64,000 nt of DNA from a virus (taxonomy: Duplodnaviria > Caudoviricetes): IMG/VR virus record IMGVR_UViG_3300045002_000015, positions 8,781-72,780 of that record; one strand, given 5' to 3'. The notes beneath the pieces are model-generated. The model was not told the DNA's origin, searched no databases, and saw nothing but the letters and a program-made list of their open reading frames with translations. A program made the translations under genes and the position numbers. Of the stretch, positions 1 through 9,188 are shown piece after piece (the stretch's first letter is position 1; each line of letters begins with the position of its first letter).

Positions 1-462
1 AGCGATCTCGCCCGCCCGCCGGCCCTCATACAGCGCCGCCGTCGCCAGTTCATGCACCCGCTTCGCCGCATCGAGCGGTATCGAGGTGATCAGGTCCACC
101 TGCCGCGCCATGAGGTCCTGGTAGGCACCGCCGATCGGGGCGCTGTTCAGTTCCGCCTCGATCGCCTCACCGAGAAGCCGCGCGTGCCGCCGCCAGGCGC
201 GCCTGTCACGGCGCGCGGTTTCGGCCAGCATCCTTGCCGCCACCGCCCGCGCCCAAGGCGCCAGGACCGCCGCGTAGCGCTGTAGCGTGGCCACCAGGGC
301 GGCGACCTGCGTCGCATCCTCGGGGTCGAACCCGCTGGCCACGTGGCCGACCTGCTGGGCGATCTTGCGAAGCTGCGCCCGGTAATAGCGCTCGCCGGCC
401 GCCCGGACGCGCTGCCAGACCGCCCGCTGGCGGCGGGTCTCGCGCCGGAGCGGTTCGGCCAT
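1..462 (-). CDS. Phage head morphogenesis protein (SPP1 gp7/MuF-like), 3' end truncated by window edge
   Basis: Not in ORF track; translated manually: MAEPLRRE..AGERYYRAQLRKIAQQVG..YAAVLAPWARAVA..QVDLITSIPLDAAKRVHELA, the pattern of MuF proteins that follow DUF1073 portals. Confidence 0.8.
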   Translation of the reverse strand, partial: MAEPLRRETRRQRAVWQRVRAAGERYYRAQLRKIAQQVGHVASGFDPEDATQVAALVATLQRYAAVLAPWARAVAARMLAETARRDRRAWRRHARLLGEAIEAELNSAPIGGAYQDLMARQVDLITSIPLDAAKRVHELATAALYEGRRAGEIA

Positions 463-471
463 CCGGTCAGG

Positions 472-615
472 CTAGCGGCGCGACCATTTGCGCCGCAGCG
501 CGTCGAGCACCCTGCGGCCGGCGCCGCGCGCGTCCTCGACGTTCCGGTCCTCGGCTTCCTGCGCCGGCTGCCATTCATCGAGCGCGCGGATGCCGAAAAT
601 GTCGACGACCAGCAT
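472..615 (-). CDS. Small hypothetical protein (47 aa)
   Basis: ATG overlaps stop of the upstream receiver gene; MLVVDIFGIRALDEW... Confidence 0.35.
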   Translation of the reverse strand: MLVVDIFGIRALDEWQPAQEAEDRNVEDARGAGRRVLDALRRKWSRR

Positions 616-1001
616 CAACGGTTGCGCGGCCGCGGCTTCGCCTGTTTCGCGATATCGATCGCCTTCTGCACGGTTTGCAGCGCGATCTCCATCGTGAACG
701 GCTTGGTCACCAGCGGCCAGTGGACGCAGTCCTCGCGCGCCGCCGTCGGATACCCGGAGCAAAGCGCCACGGCGAGATGATCGTCGGCGGCCTGCGCCCG
801 GTACGCCAGATCGACGCCGGCCGTGGGCCTGCCATCAACCCGCACATCGGCGAACAGCACATCAATGGAATGCGCCGCGAGCACGGCCTCCGCCTCGGCG
901 ATCGTCTGCGCGGTGTAGACGGTGAAACCCTGCCCCAGGAACAATTCCTGTTGCAGCCGCAGGATCGCCGGCTCGTCCTCGACGATCAGGATCGCGGTCA
1001 T
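615..1001 (-). CDS. Single-domain response regulator (CheY-like receiver)
   Basis: ILIVEDE, LFADV (phospho-Asp), LCSGY, TKPF motifs. Confidence 0.85.
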   Translation of the reverse strand: MTAILIVEDEPAILRLQQELFLGQGFTVYTAQTIAEAEAVLAAHSIDVLFADVRVDGRPTAGVDLAYRAQAADDHLAVALCSGYPTAAREDCVHWPLVTKPFTMEIALQTVQKAIDIAKQAKPRPRNR

Positions 1002-1441
1002 TGTGGTTTCCCTTCGATGACCCGCTTGATGAAGTCCGAAATCACCGGACCTAGCACCGCCCAGAGCACGCCGCCTACCGAAACGATGAACAGGCCATAG
1101 GCCACCAGGCGGTCGCGCAGGTGCTCCAGCTTCTTGACCGAGTCCTTCAGCACCGCGAGGTCGCCGACCTCCTTGCGCACCGAGCCGACATCGTTGACGA
1201 TCGCCCGGCTCTTGAGGTCGAGTTCGCGGAACTGCGCGGTCAGCAACTCCAGCCGGCTGGTAATGACCTGATCCAATTGCCGCTGCTCGTGCTTGACCGT
1301 GCGCAGTTCATTGGTCAGCCGCTCTTCCTGGCGGACACGATCCTCCTTGACCTCCTTCAGCGTATCGGCGAGACCCCGGACCGTGCCGAGAATTTCGCCG
1401 ATCTGCTGACGCAACTGACCGGCGCCACTCTCCTCGGGCAT
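998..1441 (-). CDS. Coiled-coil protein with C-terminal TM helix (DUF1515-like, possibly holin-like)
   Basis: Long heptad region followed by hydrophobic LVAYGLFIVSVGGVLWAVLG. Confidence 0.55.
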   Translation of the reverse strand: MPEESGAGQLRQQIGEILGTVRGLADTLKEVKEDRVRQEERLTNELRTVKHEQRQLDQVITSRLELLTAQFRELDLKSRAIVNDVGSVRKEVGDLAVLKDSVKKLEHLRDRLVAYGLFIVSVGGVLWAVLGPVISDFIKRVIEGKPQ

Positions 1442-1445
1442 CGCG

Positions 1446-2051
1446 CTACCTTGCCAGCCGCAGCACCGACCACCATGCGACGAGGCCCATCAGCAGCCCG
1501 GAAAAGGCGAACAGCGTATCGGGATTGGCAATCAGCGTGGTGCCCGACATCAGGCACCAGAAAAAGCCGGACATCGCCAATCCGATGCAGCGCGGGATCA
1601 GGCTGCCGCGCTTGTCCTGCCGACTGTAAACCATCGCCAGGCCGAGGATTTTCATCGCGGCAGCGGCCAGGGCGAAGGCTGCCCAGGCCCGTTCATAGCC
1701 CGCCAGTCCGATCGCCGAGCGATAGGGCGCGTTGATACTGGTGAAATGATAGGGCGAGAGCCAGAGCACCGCCGTCGCCCAGAGCGAGGACAGCGATAGC
1801 AGTATCTCGATGACGACGATATCGGTCTGGCGCAGCAGATAGAGCGGCGCGCGCGCGATGCGCAGCAATTCATTGAGTTCGGCAATCTGGATCGACATGC
1901 GCTCAAGATCATGCGCCATGCGATCAAGCTCGCGGATCGTGCCGACGCGAAACTCGACAATGCCACGATCGCCGGTCTCGACGCGCGAGCGAAAGTCGGA
2001 GTCATCCGGGGTAATAGCGACTGGCCGGCGCGGCGGATCGGTCTCGCTCAA
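1446..2051 (-). CDS. Membrane protein, about 4 TM segments in C-terminal half
   Basis: Hydrophobic segments; tightly coupled to neighbours. Confidence 0.6.
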   Translation of the reverse strand: MSETDPPRRPVAITPDDSDFRSRVETGDRGIVEFRVGTIRELDRMAHDLERMSIQIAELNELLRIARAPLYLLRQTDIVVIEILLSLSSLWATAVLWLSPYHFTSINAPYRSAIGLAGYERAWAAFALAAAAMKILGLAMVYSRQDKRGSLIPRCIGLAMSGFFWCLMSGTTLIANPDTLFAFSGLLMGLVAWWSVLRLAR

Positions 2052-3943
2052 GCCGCCAGCGTGTAAACGTCAACGTGGTCCTGGTAAGTCGGCACGAATA
2101 TGCGCCCACCCGAGATCACCGGCGGCGTGAACTTGGCGAAGGTAAATTGCACGTTCCAATCCTGCGAGCGCCACAGCGGGCGCAGCCGCCGCGTGCCATC
2201 GGGCCGGATATCGAAATGCTCTGGATCGTAGACCACGAGAAAACCGCCGGTGACTTCCTTGTTTGCGTTACCATAAGGAAACGTCACCGCCAGCAAGCCG
2301 GTGCCGGCAACATTGCCATTGGACGAGACTGTCATCATGCCGCCGGTCATCCCGCCGGGCGGCCGTTTCGCGTTCGGCGAAGCAAACTCGTCCGAGTTGG
2401 CCAGATACGAGATCGCCTTGGTCGCGCGATCGATCCCCCAGGCCCGCACCGGACCGTTCTCGCCGCAGGTGAACACCATCGGGCCATTGACGGGGGACTC
2501 GTAATAGACCGGCGTCGAATGCTGGTGGTGCGTCTGCTGCGCGTAGTCCACATTCAACTTGGTCAGATCGGTGGGCGCGGGCGAAGCGTCCCAGCCCGGG
2601 AAGAAGGTGAACCAGAACGCCTGTTTGAGGTGCCGGTAGTTCGCCGCGATCGCCTCAGGCGATGCGAAGTCGGCCAGCGCGGTATGGCCCATGGCATCGG
2701 GATCGAGCGTATAGACGATGCCATCCTTGCCGCAACTCAGCAGCAACCCGAGCGAGGGGATCAGCAGCACACCGGCCGAGCCGAGGTCCTGATCGGTCCA
2801 GCCATTGCCGCCACCGGCGGCGTCGGGCGGCACCGGGCGCCGTCCTGGTCGATCGGGTATCGAGTCGATCGGCCCGTCGCCGTCCGGCTCGCGCAGCATC
2901 ATCTGCGCCGGCCGTGGACGCTCCGCGGCGATGCTGACGGTATCGGCCGGCATGCCGGCGCGCAGTGCATCGGTGAACGGCGCGAAATTGCCGGCCACGC
3001 TGAAGCTGTTGCCGTTCAGGCTGAGCTTGACGATCGACTCCGAGAACTCGGTCGCACCATCGAACGAGCCGTTGCCGGTCGCCAGATAGATGTTGCCGGC
3101 ATCGTCGGCGGCCGGCCCACCGCCGGCCAGCCAGATGCCACCGCCATGGTAGCGCGGCGTGTCATTCCACGCCGCCTGCACCTGGAAAGGGCTGACGGAG
3201 AGCGCGAGGACCCAGCCGTGGTTGGTTGGCGCGCTCTCCGCGCCTGCCGCGAAACAGACGACGACGGCTTTCCGGGAAAGAAGAAGCGCGGTGCGCTGCT
3301 TGCGGTAGATCGTCCCGAGCGTCTGCTGCGGTATGCCATGGCCGGCATCGAATGTCACATCGGTCAGATCGACCGGCGCCGCGGCGGGCGAGCCGTCGCC
3401 GGCGTTGAAGGCGTGCGCATAATAGCGCGCGTTGGCAACCGAGCGATCGGGCGACGACCAGGCGACGCAATAGCCGATCATGGTGTTGGGATCGATGACC
3501 GGCGTGCCGAGGATGCCCCAGTTGTCATTGATCGCGAACATGTCGAGGCCGGCCGTGCCCTTGACCGGAATGCCGAGCTTCTTCGCCCAGACCACCTCTC
3601 CGGTCTCGGCATTGAAGGCCCATAGCCCGTCCGACATCGACGCCTGGATCGCGAGATTGAGCCGAAACCCGGTGGGGGTCATCACATTGGGGACGATCAG
3701 CACCGAGGCTTCGCAGCCGCGCGCATCGCCCTCCATTTGCAGCGTATAGGCGCGGCGGATGCCGTGCAGGCGCACAGCGTCCTGGGTCAGCGTCGTCTCG
3801 GCGCGGTTCCAGCCGGAGCGCGCGCTGTCGTAGCCGCGCGTCAGGACCGCCGCAAAGCCGGGCGATGCTGTCGGCTGGGCATCGGCACCCGTCAGCGCGA
3901 AACAGCCGCCAGCGCCAAGCACGGCCCGCCGGGTGAGCCTCAA
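2048..3943 (-). CDS. Tat-exported PQQ-like beta-propeller protein
   Basis: MRLTRRAVLG twin-arginine signal; repeats such as LWAFNAETGEVVW, GILGTPVID, DQDLGSAG, GKDG, KFTPPVISGGRIFV. Confidence 0.7.
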   Translation of the reverse strand: MRLTRRAVLGAGGCFALTGADAQPTASPGFAAVLTRGYDSARSGWNRAETTLTQDAVRLHGIRRAYTLQMEGDARGCEASVLIVPNVMTPTGFRLNLAIQASMSDGLWAFNAETGEVVWAKKLGIPVKGTAGLDMFAINDNWGILGTPVIDPNTMIGYCVAWSSPDRSVANARYYAHAFNAGDGSPAAAPVDLTDVTFDAGHGIPQQTLGTIYRKQRTALLLSRKAVVVCFAAGAESAPTNHGWVLALSVSPFQVQAAWNDTPRYHGGGIWLAGGGPAADDAGNIYLATGNGSFDGATEFSESIVKLSLNGNSFSVAGNFAPFTDALRAGMPADTVSIAAERPRPAQMMLREPDGDGPIDSIPDRPGRRPVPPDAAGGGNGWTDQDLGSAGVLLIPSLGLLLSCGKDGIVYTLDPDAMGHTALADFASPEAIAANYRHLKQAFWFTFFPGWDASPAPTDLTKLNVDYAQQTHHQHSTPVYYESPVNGPMVFTCGENGPVRAWGIDRATKAISYLANSDEFASPNAKRPPGGMTGGMMTVSSNGNVAGTGLLAVTFPYGNANKEVTGGFLVVYDPEHFDIRPDGTRRLRPLWRSQDWNVQFTFAKFTPPVISGGRIFVPTYQDHVDVYTLAA

Positions 3944-5709
3944 ATGCCGAACTCGGACGGATGCAGCTCAACCGGCGCCATGTAGGTCACGCTGCAAATG
4001 AACGGCGTGCGCTGCCCCGCCCCGAATCCGGTGCCGGCGGCAATGATGATGTGCCAGCCGCGTGCGACGGTGTCGCCATAAACGCGATTGGCGTGGCCGT
4101 GCAAAAGCTGGCTGGCGTCGGGACCCAATATTTGCATCTGCACGCCGAACGTGGCCGGCTCGCCGGCGGCATCCAGCATGCGCACCGAGATCGGCGTGTG
4201 CGCCTCGCACCACACCCGGCCCACCCGCATCGGCTGCGCGGTCAACGGCGCGATATCCAGATCGTCGGCGCCGAAGAACGCCTGCGTCGTGTAGCGCGCC
4301 TGCGCCTTGATGACCGGACTGCCCTGATAACCGGCCGGCGCCCAACAGCCATAGCCCAGCCCGTTGGCCGCCGGCGGCACGCCGGTTGTCACCTGCCCCC
4401 AGGCATTCGTCCAGCAGTCCTGCTCGTTGTTGCCGGTATAATCATGCAGCCGCAGATTCGGCCCGAACGCGGTCTGCACCGTCGCCGTCTTCCAGCCCGG
4501 ATTGAAGACGTCGTTATTCAGCGTCACCAGCAGACCGGGATGCCCGGTGCGTTCGAAGACGTAGACATGCGGGTCGCTGCGCAGACGCGGGATGGTCCCG
4601 CCGCCGGAAAAGTGGTGCGCGATCCAGCAGAGGTTGTTGATGCGTTCGTGCAGCCCGTAACAATTCGGCTGCGACGACCAATCGCGGTAGTAAATCTGCG
4701 GCAGGCCCTCGCCAGAAAGCAGCAGCGCGTAGCCCTGGATTTTATTGAAGACTACAGTGGCGAAGCCGTTCGTGTCGCTGTCGAGGCTTTCGACGAACGG
4801 CACCGCATGCATCGGATCGACGGCGATCAGTCCGCGCCCGGCGAGATTGCCCATGAAGAAGGCCCCGCCGTTGTTACACATGGGCATGACCATGTTGTAA
4901 TGAAAATCGAAATCGGCGGCGGACATGAGGCGATCGATAGATTGCAGCCAGTTCTCCAAACCTTCGCCACCGAACCAGGACCAGGTGCCGCCGGAAGCGA
5001 ACTCGCCGAAGAACCATTTGCCCGCCATCCCTGGCGAGCGGACGAAGCGCTTGACGAACTCAACCGCCAGCCCCTTAGTGTCATCGATGCGCGCGCCGTC
5101 GAAATGCACGGTGCGGAACAGCCAGTCGGCGGCCTCGATCAGGCCGGTCGCCACATAATCCGGTGGTTGGGCGTTGATCGGACATAACTCGTCGCCGAAA
5201 CTGAAATCGTCCTGCGGCGCCGGTACCGGGTCCTCGGAGACACGCGGCGGGGCGCCGCGGAAACACGGCGGGTCCTTCGGAAAACGGCCCGCCGTCGGCC
5301 CACCCGATGCGCTGTAGCGGTAGACGCCGTTGTGGCCGCCCATCCGCTGGTGCATCACGTGGTCGGCCAGCACGTTCATGCCGTTGGCATGCACGATCGC
5401 CGCCGCGCGGCGAAGCTGGTCGGCATAGCCGAACCGGGTCGGAATGCCGCCGAACTGCGCCGTGTCCTTCGATCCGATATCGTAGTCGTCGAACACGCCA
5501 TAGCCGTCGGCGCCCGGATAAGGCCCGGCATTGGTCTTCAACGACGGCGGAAACAACACGTCGGTGATGCCCCACGCGGCCCAATGCTGCGCCAGCGCGG
5601 CGATCTGGTCATAGAACCATGGGATGCTCTTGTCGCCATCGAACGGCGACGGCACCGAGACATTCGGCGCCTGGCGGTAGTTCGCCCACATCATGATCCT
5701 AGGCGCCAA
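3940..5709 (-). CDS. GH13 alpha-amylase-like glycoside hydrolase
   Basis: GYGVFDDYDIG..TRFG, FDGARIDDTKG (nucleophile), FFGEF (acid/base), FVESLD, GLPQIYY. Confidence 0.85.
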   Translation of the reverse strand: MAPRIMMWANYRQAPNVSVPSPFDGDKSIPWFYDQIAALAQHWAAWGITDVLFPPSLKTNAGPYPGADGYGVFDDYDIGSKDTAQFGGIPTRFGYADQLRRAAAIVHANGMNVLADHVMHQRMGGHNGVYRYSASGGPTAGRFPKDPPCFRGAPPRVSEDPVPAPQDDFSFGDELCPINAQPPDYVATGLIEAADWLFRTVHFDGARIDDTKGLAVEFVKRFVRSPGMAGKWFFGEFASGGTWSWFGGEGLENWLQSIDRLMSAADFDFHYNMVMPMCNNGGAFFMGNLAGRGLIAVDPMHAVPFVESLDSDTNGFATVVFNKIQGYALLLSGEGLPQIYYRDWSSQPNCYGLHERINNLCWIAHHFSGGGTIPRLRSDPHVYVFERTGHPGLLVTLNNDVFNPGWKTATVQTAFGPNLRLHDYTGNNEQDCWTNAWGQVTTGVPPAANGLGYGCWAPAGYQGSPVIKAQARYTTQAFFGADDLDIAPLTAQPMRVGRVWCEAHTPISVRMLDAAGEPATFGVQMQILGPDASQLLHGHANRVYGDTVARGWHIIIAAGTGFGAGQRTPFICSVTYMAPVELHPSEFGI

Positions 5710-5935
5710 GCGGCACCCGGTCGACCACCACCCAGCAGCGCTTGGTGTTGTTCAGGCAGCCGGAGAAATACGGCCCCGTTCCCACGTGTATCTTCAAATC
5801 GATCCCCGCCAGCGCCGCATCGAACAGCGCCTGATTGAGCGCCTTCACATGCCGTTCGACGTTCTCCATCAGGATACGCCGTTCGGTGTGCGCGTGCGAG
5901 CGGGAGTGGCCGCCCATGGTGTTAACGGCGGTCAT
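5699..5935 (-). CDS. Hypothetical protein
   Basis: ORF coupled by overlaps to both neighbours. Confidence 0.5.
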   Translation of the reverse strand: MTAVNTMGGHSRSHAHTERRILMENVERHVKALNQALFDAALAGIDLKIHVGTGPYFSGCLNNTKRCWVVVDRVPLGA

Positions 5936-6162
5936 CCGGCCGGCAGCTTCCGCTCGGCCGGCTCGGCGTTGACCACGCGCGCGGCCGCGGCGCTGTCCCA
6001 CAGTCGCCCCTCAGTCCCGCACGGCCCGTCCCATTCGCGCATCCGTTCGGCGGAGCGCAGCACCAGGGTGCCGTCGATCAGGCTCACGGCAACATTCGGG
6101 TGGCCGCATTTGCCGCCGTTCTGGTCGCGGAAATGCCCGCAGTCGCGGCATAAGGGCGCCAT
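5932..6162 (-). CDS. Small Cys-rich hypothetical protein
   Basis: CRDC..C..C motif; RBS upstream. Confidence 0.55.
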   Translation of the reverse strand: MAPLCRDCGHFRDQNGGKCGHPNVAVSLIDGTLVLRSAERMREWDGPCGTEGRLWDSAAAARVVNAEPAERKLPAG

Positions 6163-6318
6163 GGCGTTTCCTCCGTTGTTGCTGGAACCGGCCGCCGGAT
6201 GCGCATCGGGAGGAAGAGGGAGGGATGAGACATCCGGCGGCCAGCCATCGGCATAGAGGCTCCGGCCTTCGCCACGGGGAAGGAGCGCCGCTGTGGAGCC
6301 TTGCTGTGCCGATCTGGT

Positions 6319-6504
6319 TTACATGGTGCGCGGGCGCGGCAGCGGCGCGCGGCACTTCGGGCAGATCACCCGCCGCGCGAGGCTTTCCTCGATCTCGGAT
6401 GCCGCACACTCGCTGACGTGGGAAAAGCCGCAGGTGCAGACCCAGAGGAAGCGCGCCTTTGGCTCCATCTGGCCCCCCCACGCATAGTCCTCGTCGAGCA
6501 TCAC
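6319..6504 (-). CDS. Small zinc-ribbon-like protein
   Basis: CTCG..C..CPKC; overlaps portal stop. Confidence 0.55.
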   Translation of the reverse strand: MMLDEDYAWGGQMEPKARFLWVCTCGFSHVSECAASEIEESLARRVICPKCRAPLPRPRTM

Positions 6505-8597
6505 TCGGTGCGCTCCTGGTGATTGGGCGCTTCGGTCTGGAGCACGTAGGGAAAGCCGGCCAGCCAGCGCTTGAACGCCGGGATGCTCATGGTCTCGACG
6601 CCGCCCATGCGGGTGATCCCGCTCTGGTCCGGCCAGGCGTTGATATAGGCGTTCACCGCCTCCTGCTGGGAGCCGAAATCCAGCATCACCTTGTGCTCGT
6701 CGAACCCGCCGTCGGGTTTCTGCTGACGGATGATATAGACCTCTTCGGCATCAGGGTTATCGCCGATGTAGCAGTCCATCTGCTCGGCGCCGCCCTCGGC
6801 GGAGCCGGTGCGCGAAATATAGCCGTAATGCGCCGGGATCGGCACGCCCTCGCTGAAGCGCCGCTGGCCGCGCTCGTATTCCAGCACGATATTCAGCCCA
6901 TGCCGATTGATCAGCGAAAGCTGGTCATTGGTCAGGATGGCTTTCACCTGCGCCGCCTTGCCGCGGTGGCCGAATAGTGCCGCCACCTGCTCGCCCTTGC
7001 CGTTCCGCCCGGCACCATTGAGCGGCATCGGCGCCGCCGTGGCGGCCGCGTTGCCGCGCAGCAATTCGATGACTTGGCGGTTCAGCGGCCGGATCGGTCG
7101 CCGCCGCATGGGCAGATCGGCATCGTCCTCTCGCTCGGGTCGCTCCGGCTCTCTCTCTGGAGCATGCGGCGGCGGGACACGTGCAGCCTCGATTCCCGGC
7201 GCCTCTCCGGGTTCCGCCATCGGATCGGGCGGATTATCCTCGGCCTGTTCAATCTCCTCGTCCGTAATGTTCGACCAGACGGCCGTCCATTTGGACTGTT
7301 CCTTTAATTCCTGCAACACGGTCTTACGCCCCACCATGCCGGCCTCGTACGCCTGAAGCGCGGCCTGGGTGATGGTGGAGGCGACCGAGGCTTTCTGGTC
7401 CTCGGCCAATTGCCAGAGCGGGCGGAAGGAAAAACCAAACCCCTCGGGCAATGGCTCGCCGAACTCGCTGCGGTGCAGCGCCTCGAACAGCGCGGTCACC
7501 GGGCCGCGCAGCTTGGCCTCCTGCTGACTGTTGATCATGTCATAATAGTTGCGAATGTCACTATCGCCGGTCGCGTTCAGACCGGCCGGGCTTTGGCCGA
7601 ACAGCCGCACCAGCGGTATCTGCGCCGCGCCGGAAAGCTGTTGGCCGAATTGCACCAGCACTTCGGAAAGACCGCCGAAATTGTACTGGTATGCCTCGAA
7701 CTTGTCGGTGGTATCCATGATGGTCATGCCCTCATTCTGCTGCATCAGCCGAATGAGACCCATCTGTTCCAGAAACGCCTGGTACGCCTTGCCGCCGCCG
7801 GAGATCAGATCGCGCAGGCCCTCGACGGCGTAAGTGCGCAGGTGCGCCTTGAACACCAGTTGCGCCGCGCCCATCGTGGTGCTGTCGAATGCGAACATGC
7901 GATCGAGCATCGGCTCGATGACCGACAGCCCCCAGAGATTTTCGGCGATCTTCTGCCAATAGGGTAGATCGACGCCCTCGAAACGCAGGCAGCGGGAGTG
8001 GTGCACGCGCATGCTCGGCACCGAGTGCGCATCGGAAACCACGTCGTAGTAACGCGGCAGGCCGAACGCCGGGCCGAGATCGCGGACCGTGTCCTCCAGC
8101 GAGGGATTGACCATCCAGCGGTCGAGCACCATCAGGCCCTGGAAGCGCCCGCGCCCGATCGCCTCGTAACGCAGCGGCTCGCTCGGATTGTGGCCGTCGA
8201 TCATCAGCACGCCGATCGCGCCACCATAGAGCCGCGCCCACTTGATGACGCCCTGCAAGCGCTGCCAAAGCTGCAACTCGATCCACTTCTCCATGAGCCG
8301 GGCCTCGTCCTCCGGCGTCATGTCGGTGGTGAGCATCACGCCAGCGCGTGTCATGTCCTCAGCCACCGAGTCGACGATCGCGCGCACCAGCCATGAGCCG
8401 CGATATGCCATTTCGAGCTGGTTATGACTGCGGCTGATCGGCGAGATTTGGTAGGACGAGCCAGCGAGGAGGTTACGCGCCCCGTAACCCAGATTGGCGG
8501 CGAAGTTGACCAGCGAGTCGGTGACAAACCGGCGCGGCGCCGACGAGCCGGCGGGCACGCGGATACGCGGCTTATCGCTGCTGCTCGAACCGCTCAA
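6501..8597 (-). CDS. Phage portal protein (DUF1073/anti-CBASS Acb1-like portal family) fused to a C-terminal inorganic-pyrophosphatase-like domain
   Basis: YRGSWLVRAIVDSVAEDMTRAG, WARLYGG, AAQIPLVRLFGQSPAGLNATGDSDIRNYYDMINSQQE; C-terminal HYGYISRT..MDCYIG..FDEHKVMLDF. Confidence 0.9.
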   Translation of the reverse strand: MSGSSSSDKPRIRVPAGSSAPRRFVTDSLVNFAANLGYGARNLLAGSSYQISPISRSHNQLEMAYRGSWLVRAIVDSVAEDMTRAGVMLTTDMTPEDEARLMEKWIELQLWQRLQGVIKWARLYGGAIGVLMIDGHNPSEPLRYEAIGRGRFQGLMVLDRWMVNPSLEDTVRDLGPAFGLPRYYDVVSDAHSVPSMRVHHSRCLRFEGVDLPYWQKIAENLWGLSVIEPMLDRMFAFDSTTMGAAQLVFKAHLRTYAVEGLRDLISGGGKAYQAFLEQMGLIRLMQQNEGMTIMDTTDKFEAYQYNFGGLSEVLVQFGQQLSGAAQIPLVRLFGQSPAGLNATGDSDIRNYYDMINSQQEAKLRGPVTALFEALHRSEFGEPLPEGFGFSFRPLWQLAEDQKASVASTITQAALQAYEAGMVGRKTVLQELKEQSKWTAVWSNITDEEIEQAEDNPPDPMAEPGEAPGIEAARVPPPHAPEREPERPEREDDADLPMRRRPIRPLNRQVIELLRGNAAATAAPMPLNGAGRNGKGEQVAALFGHRGKAAQVKAILTNDQLSLINRHGLNIVLEYERGQRRFSEGVPIPAHYGYISRTGSAEGGAEQMDCYIGDNPDAEEVYIIRQQKPDGGFDEHKVMLDFGSQQEAVNAYINAWPDQSGITRMGGVETMSIPAFKRWLAGFPYVLQTEAPNHQERTE

Positions 8598-8896
8598 CGC
8601 TCTTTAATCCGCGAGACGTCGTCCGAGAGGGAACCGGCGCTGAGAGTTACGGCGATCGAGCCGGGCACCAAGACGACGCTATCGCCTTCTTCAAGCCGCC
8701 GGTCGGATATGGTGGCGTCGCGGACCTGAACAGAGCCGAACATCATCCGCCAAGCGTCACCGGAGGCTATGATGGCAGCCACAATCGTCTCAGTATTGAC
8801 GAACGTGTCCCTGGGAACCAGACGCCACAACGACCCGGTGAGGTCAGGGCTGACGGCGAGCACCCTTTTGTCCCTGTCCAGGATACGAACGTACAT
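8594..8896 (-). CDS. Hypothetical protein (about 100 aa)
   Basis: MYVRILDRDKRVLAVSP...; start moved downstream of the lipoprotein gene. Confidence 0.5.
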   Translation of the reverse strand: MYVRILDRDKRVLAVSPDLTGSLWRLVPRDTFVNTETIVAAIIASGDAWRMMFGSVQVRDATISDRRLEEGDSVVLVPGSIAVTLSAGSLSDDVSRIKER

Positions 8897-8901
8897 GCCG
8901 G

Positions 8902-9054
8902 CTATGGATAACGCGGGCGCTCGGGCGTCGTCAAAGCGCCCGCACCAGCGCCTACCCCGGCGCCGATTAGGCCACCGGTGGCCGCGCGTTCGCCGGCGGT
9001 GTTGCCGCATGCGGCCAGCGTGAGCGTCGCAAGCAAGACAAGCAGGAGTTTCAT
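8902..9054 (-). CDS. Small glycine-zipper lipoprotein (50 aa)
   Basis: Below ORF-track cutoff; MKLLLVLLATLTLAAC (lipobox) GNTAGERAATGGLIGAGVGAGAGAL. Confidence 0.7.
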   Translation of the reverse strand: MKLLLVLLATLTLAACGNTAGERAATGGLIGAGVGAGAGALTTPERPRYP

Positions 9055-9188
9055 GGCCTCTCAGTCCTTATGCCGGGCAAGCGCGCGAAACAGCGCGGCA
9101 TGCGCGCCATCCTCGCGCGCAGGCGCTGCATCCGGCGCCGATGGGGCAGGGGGCCACATCAGCCAGCCGGTGGGCAGGAAAGCGTCGC

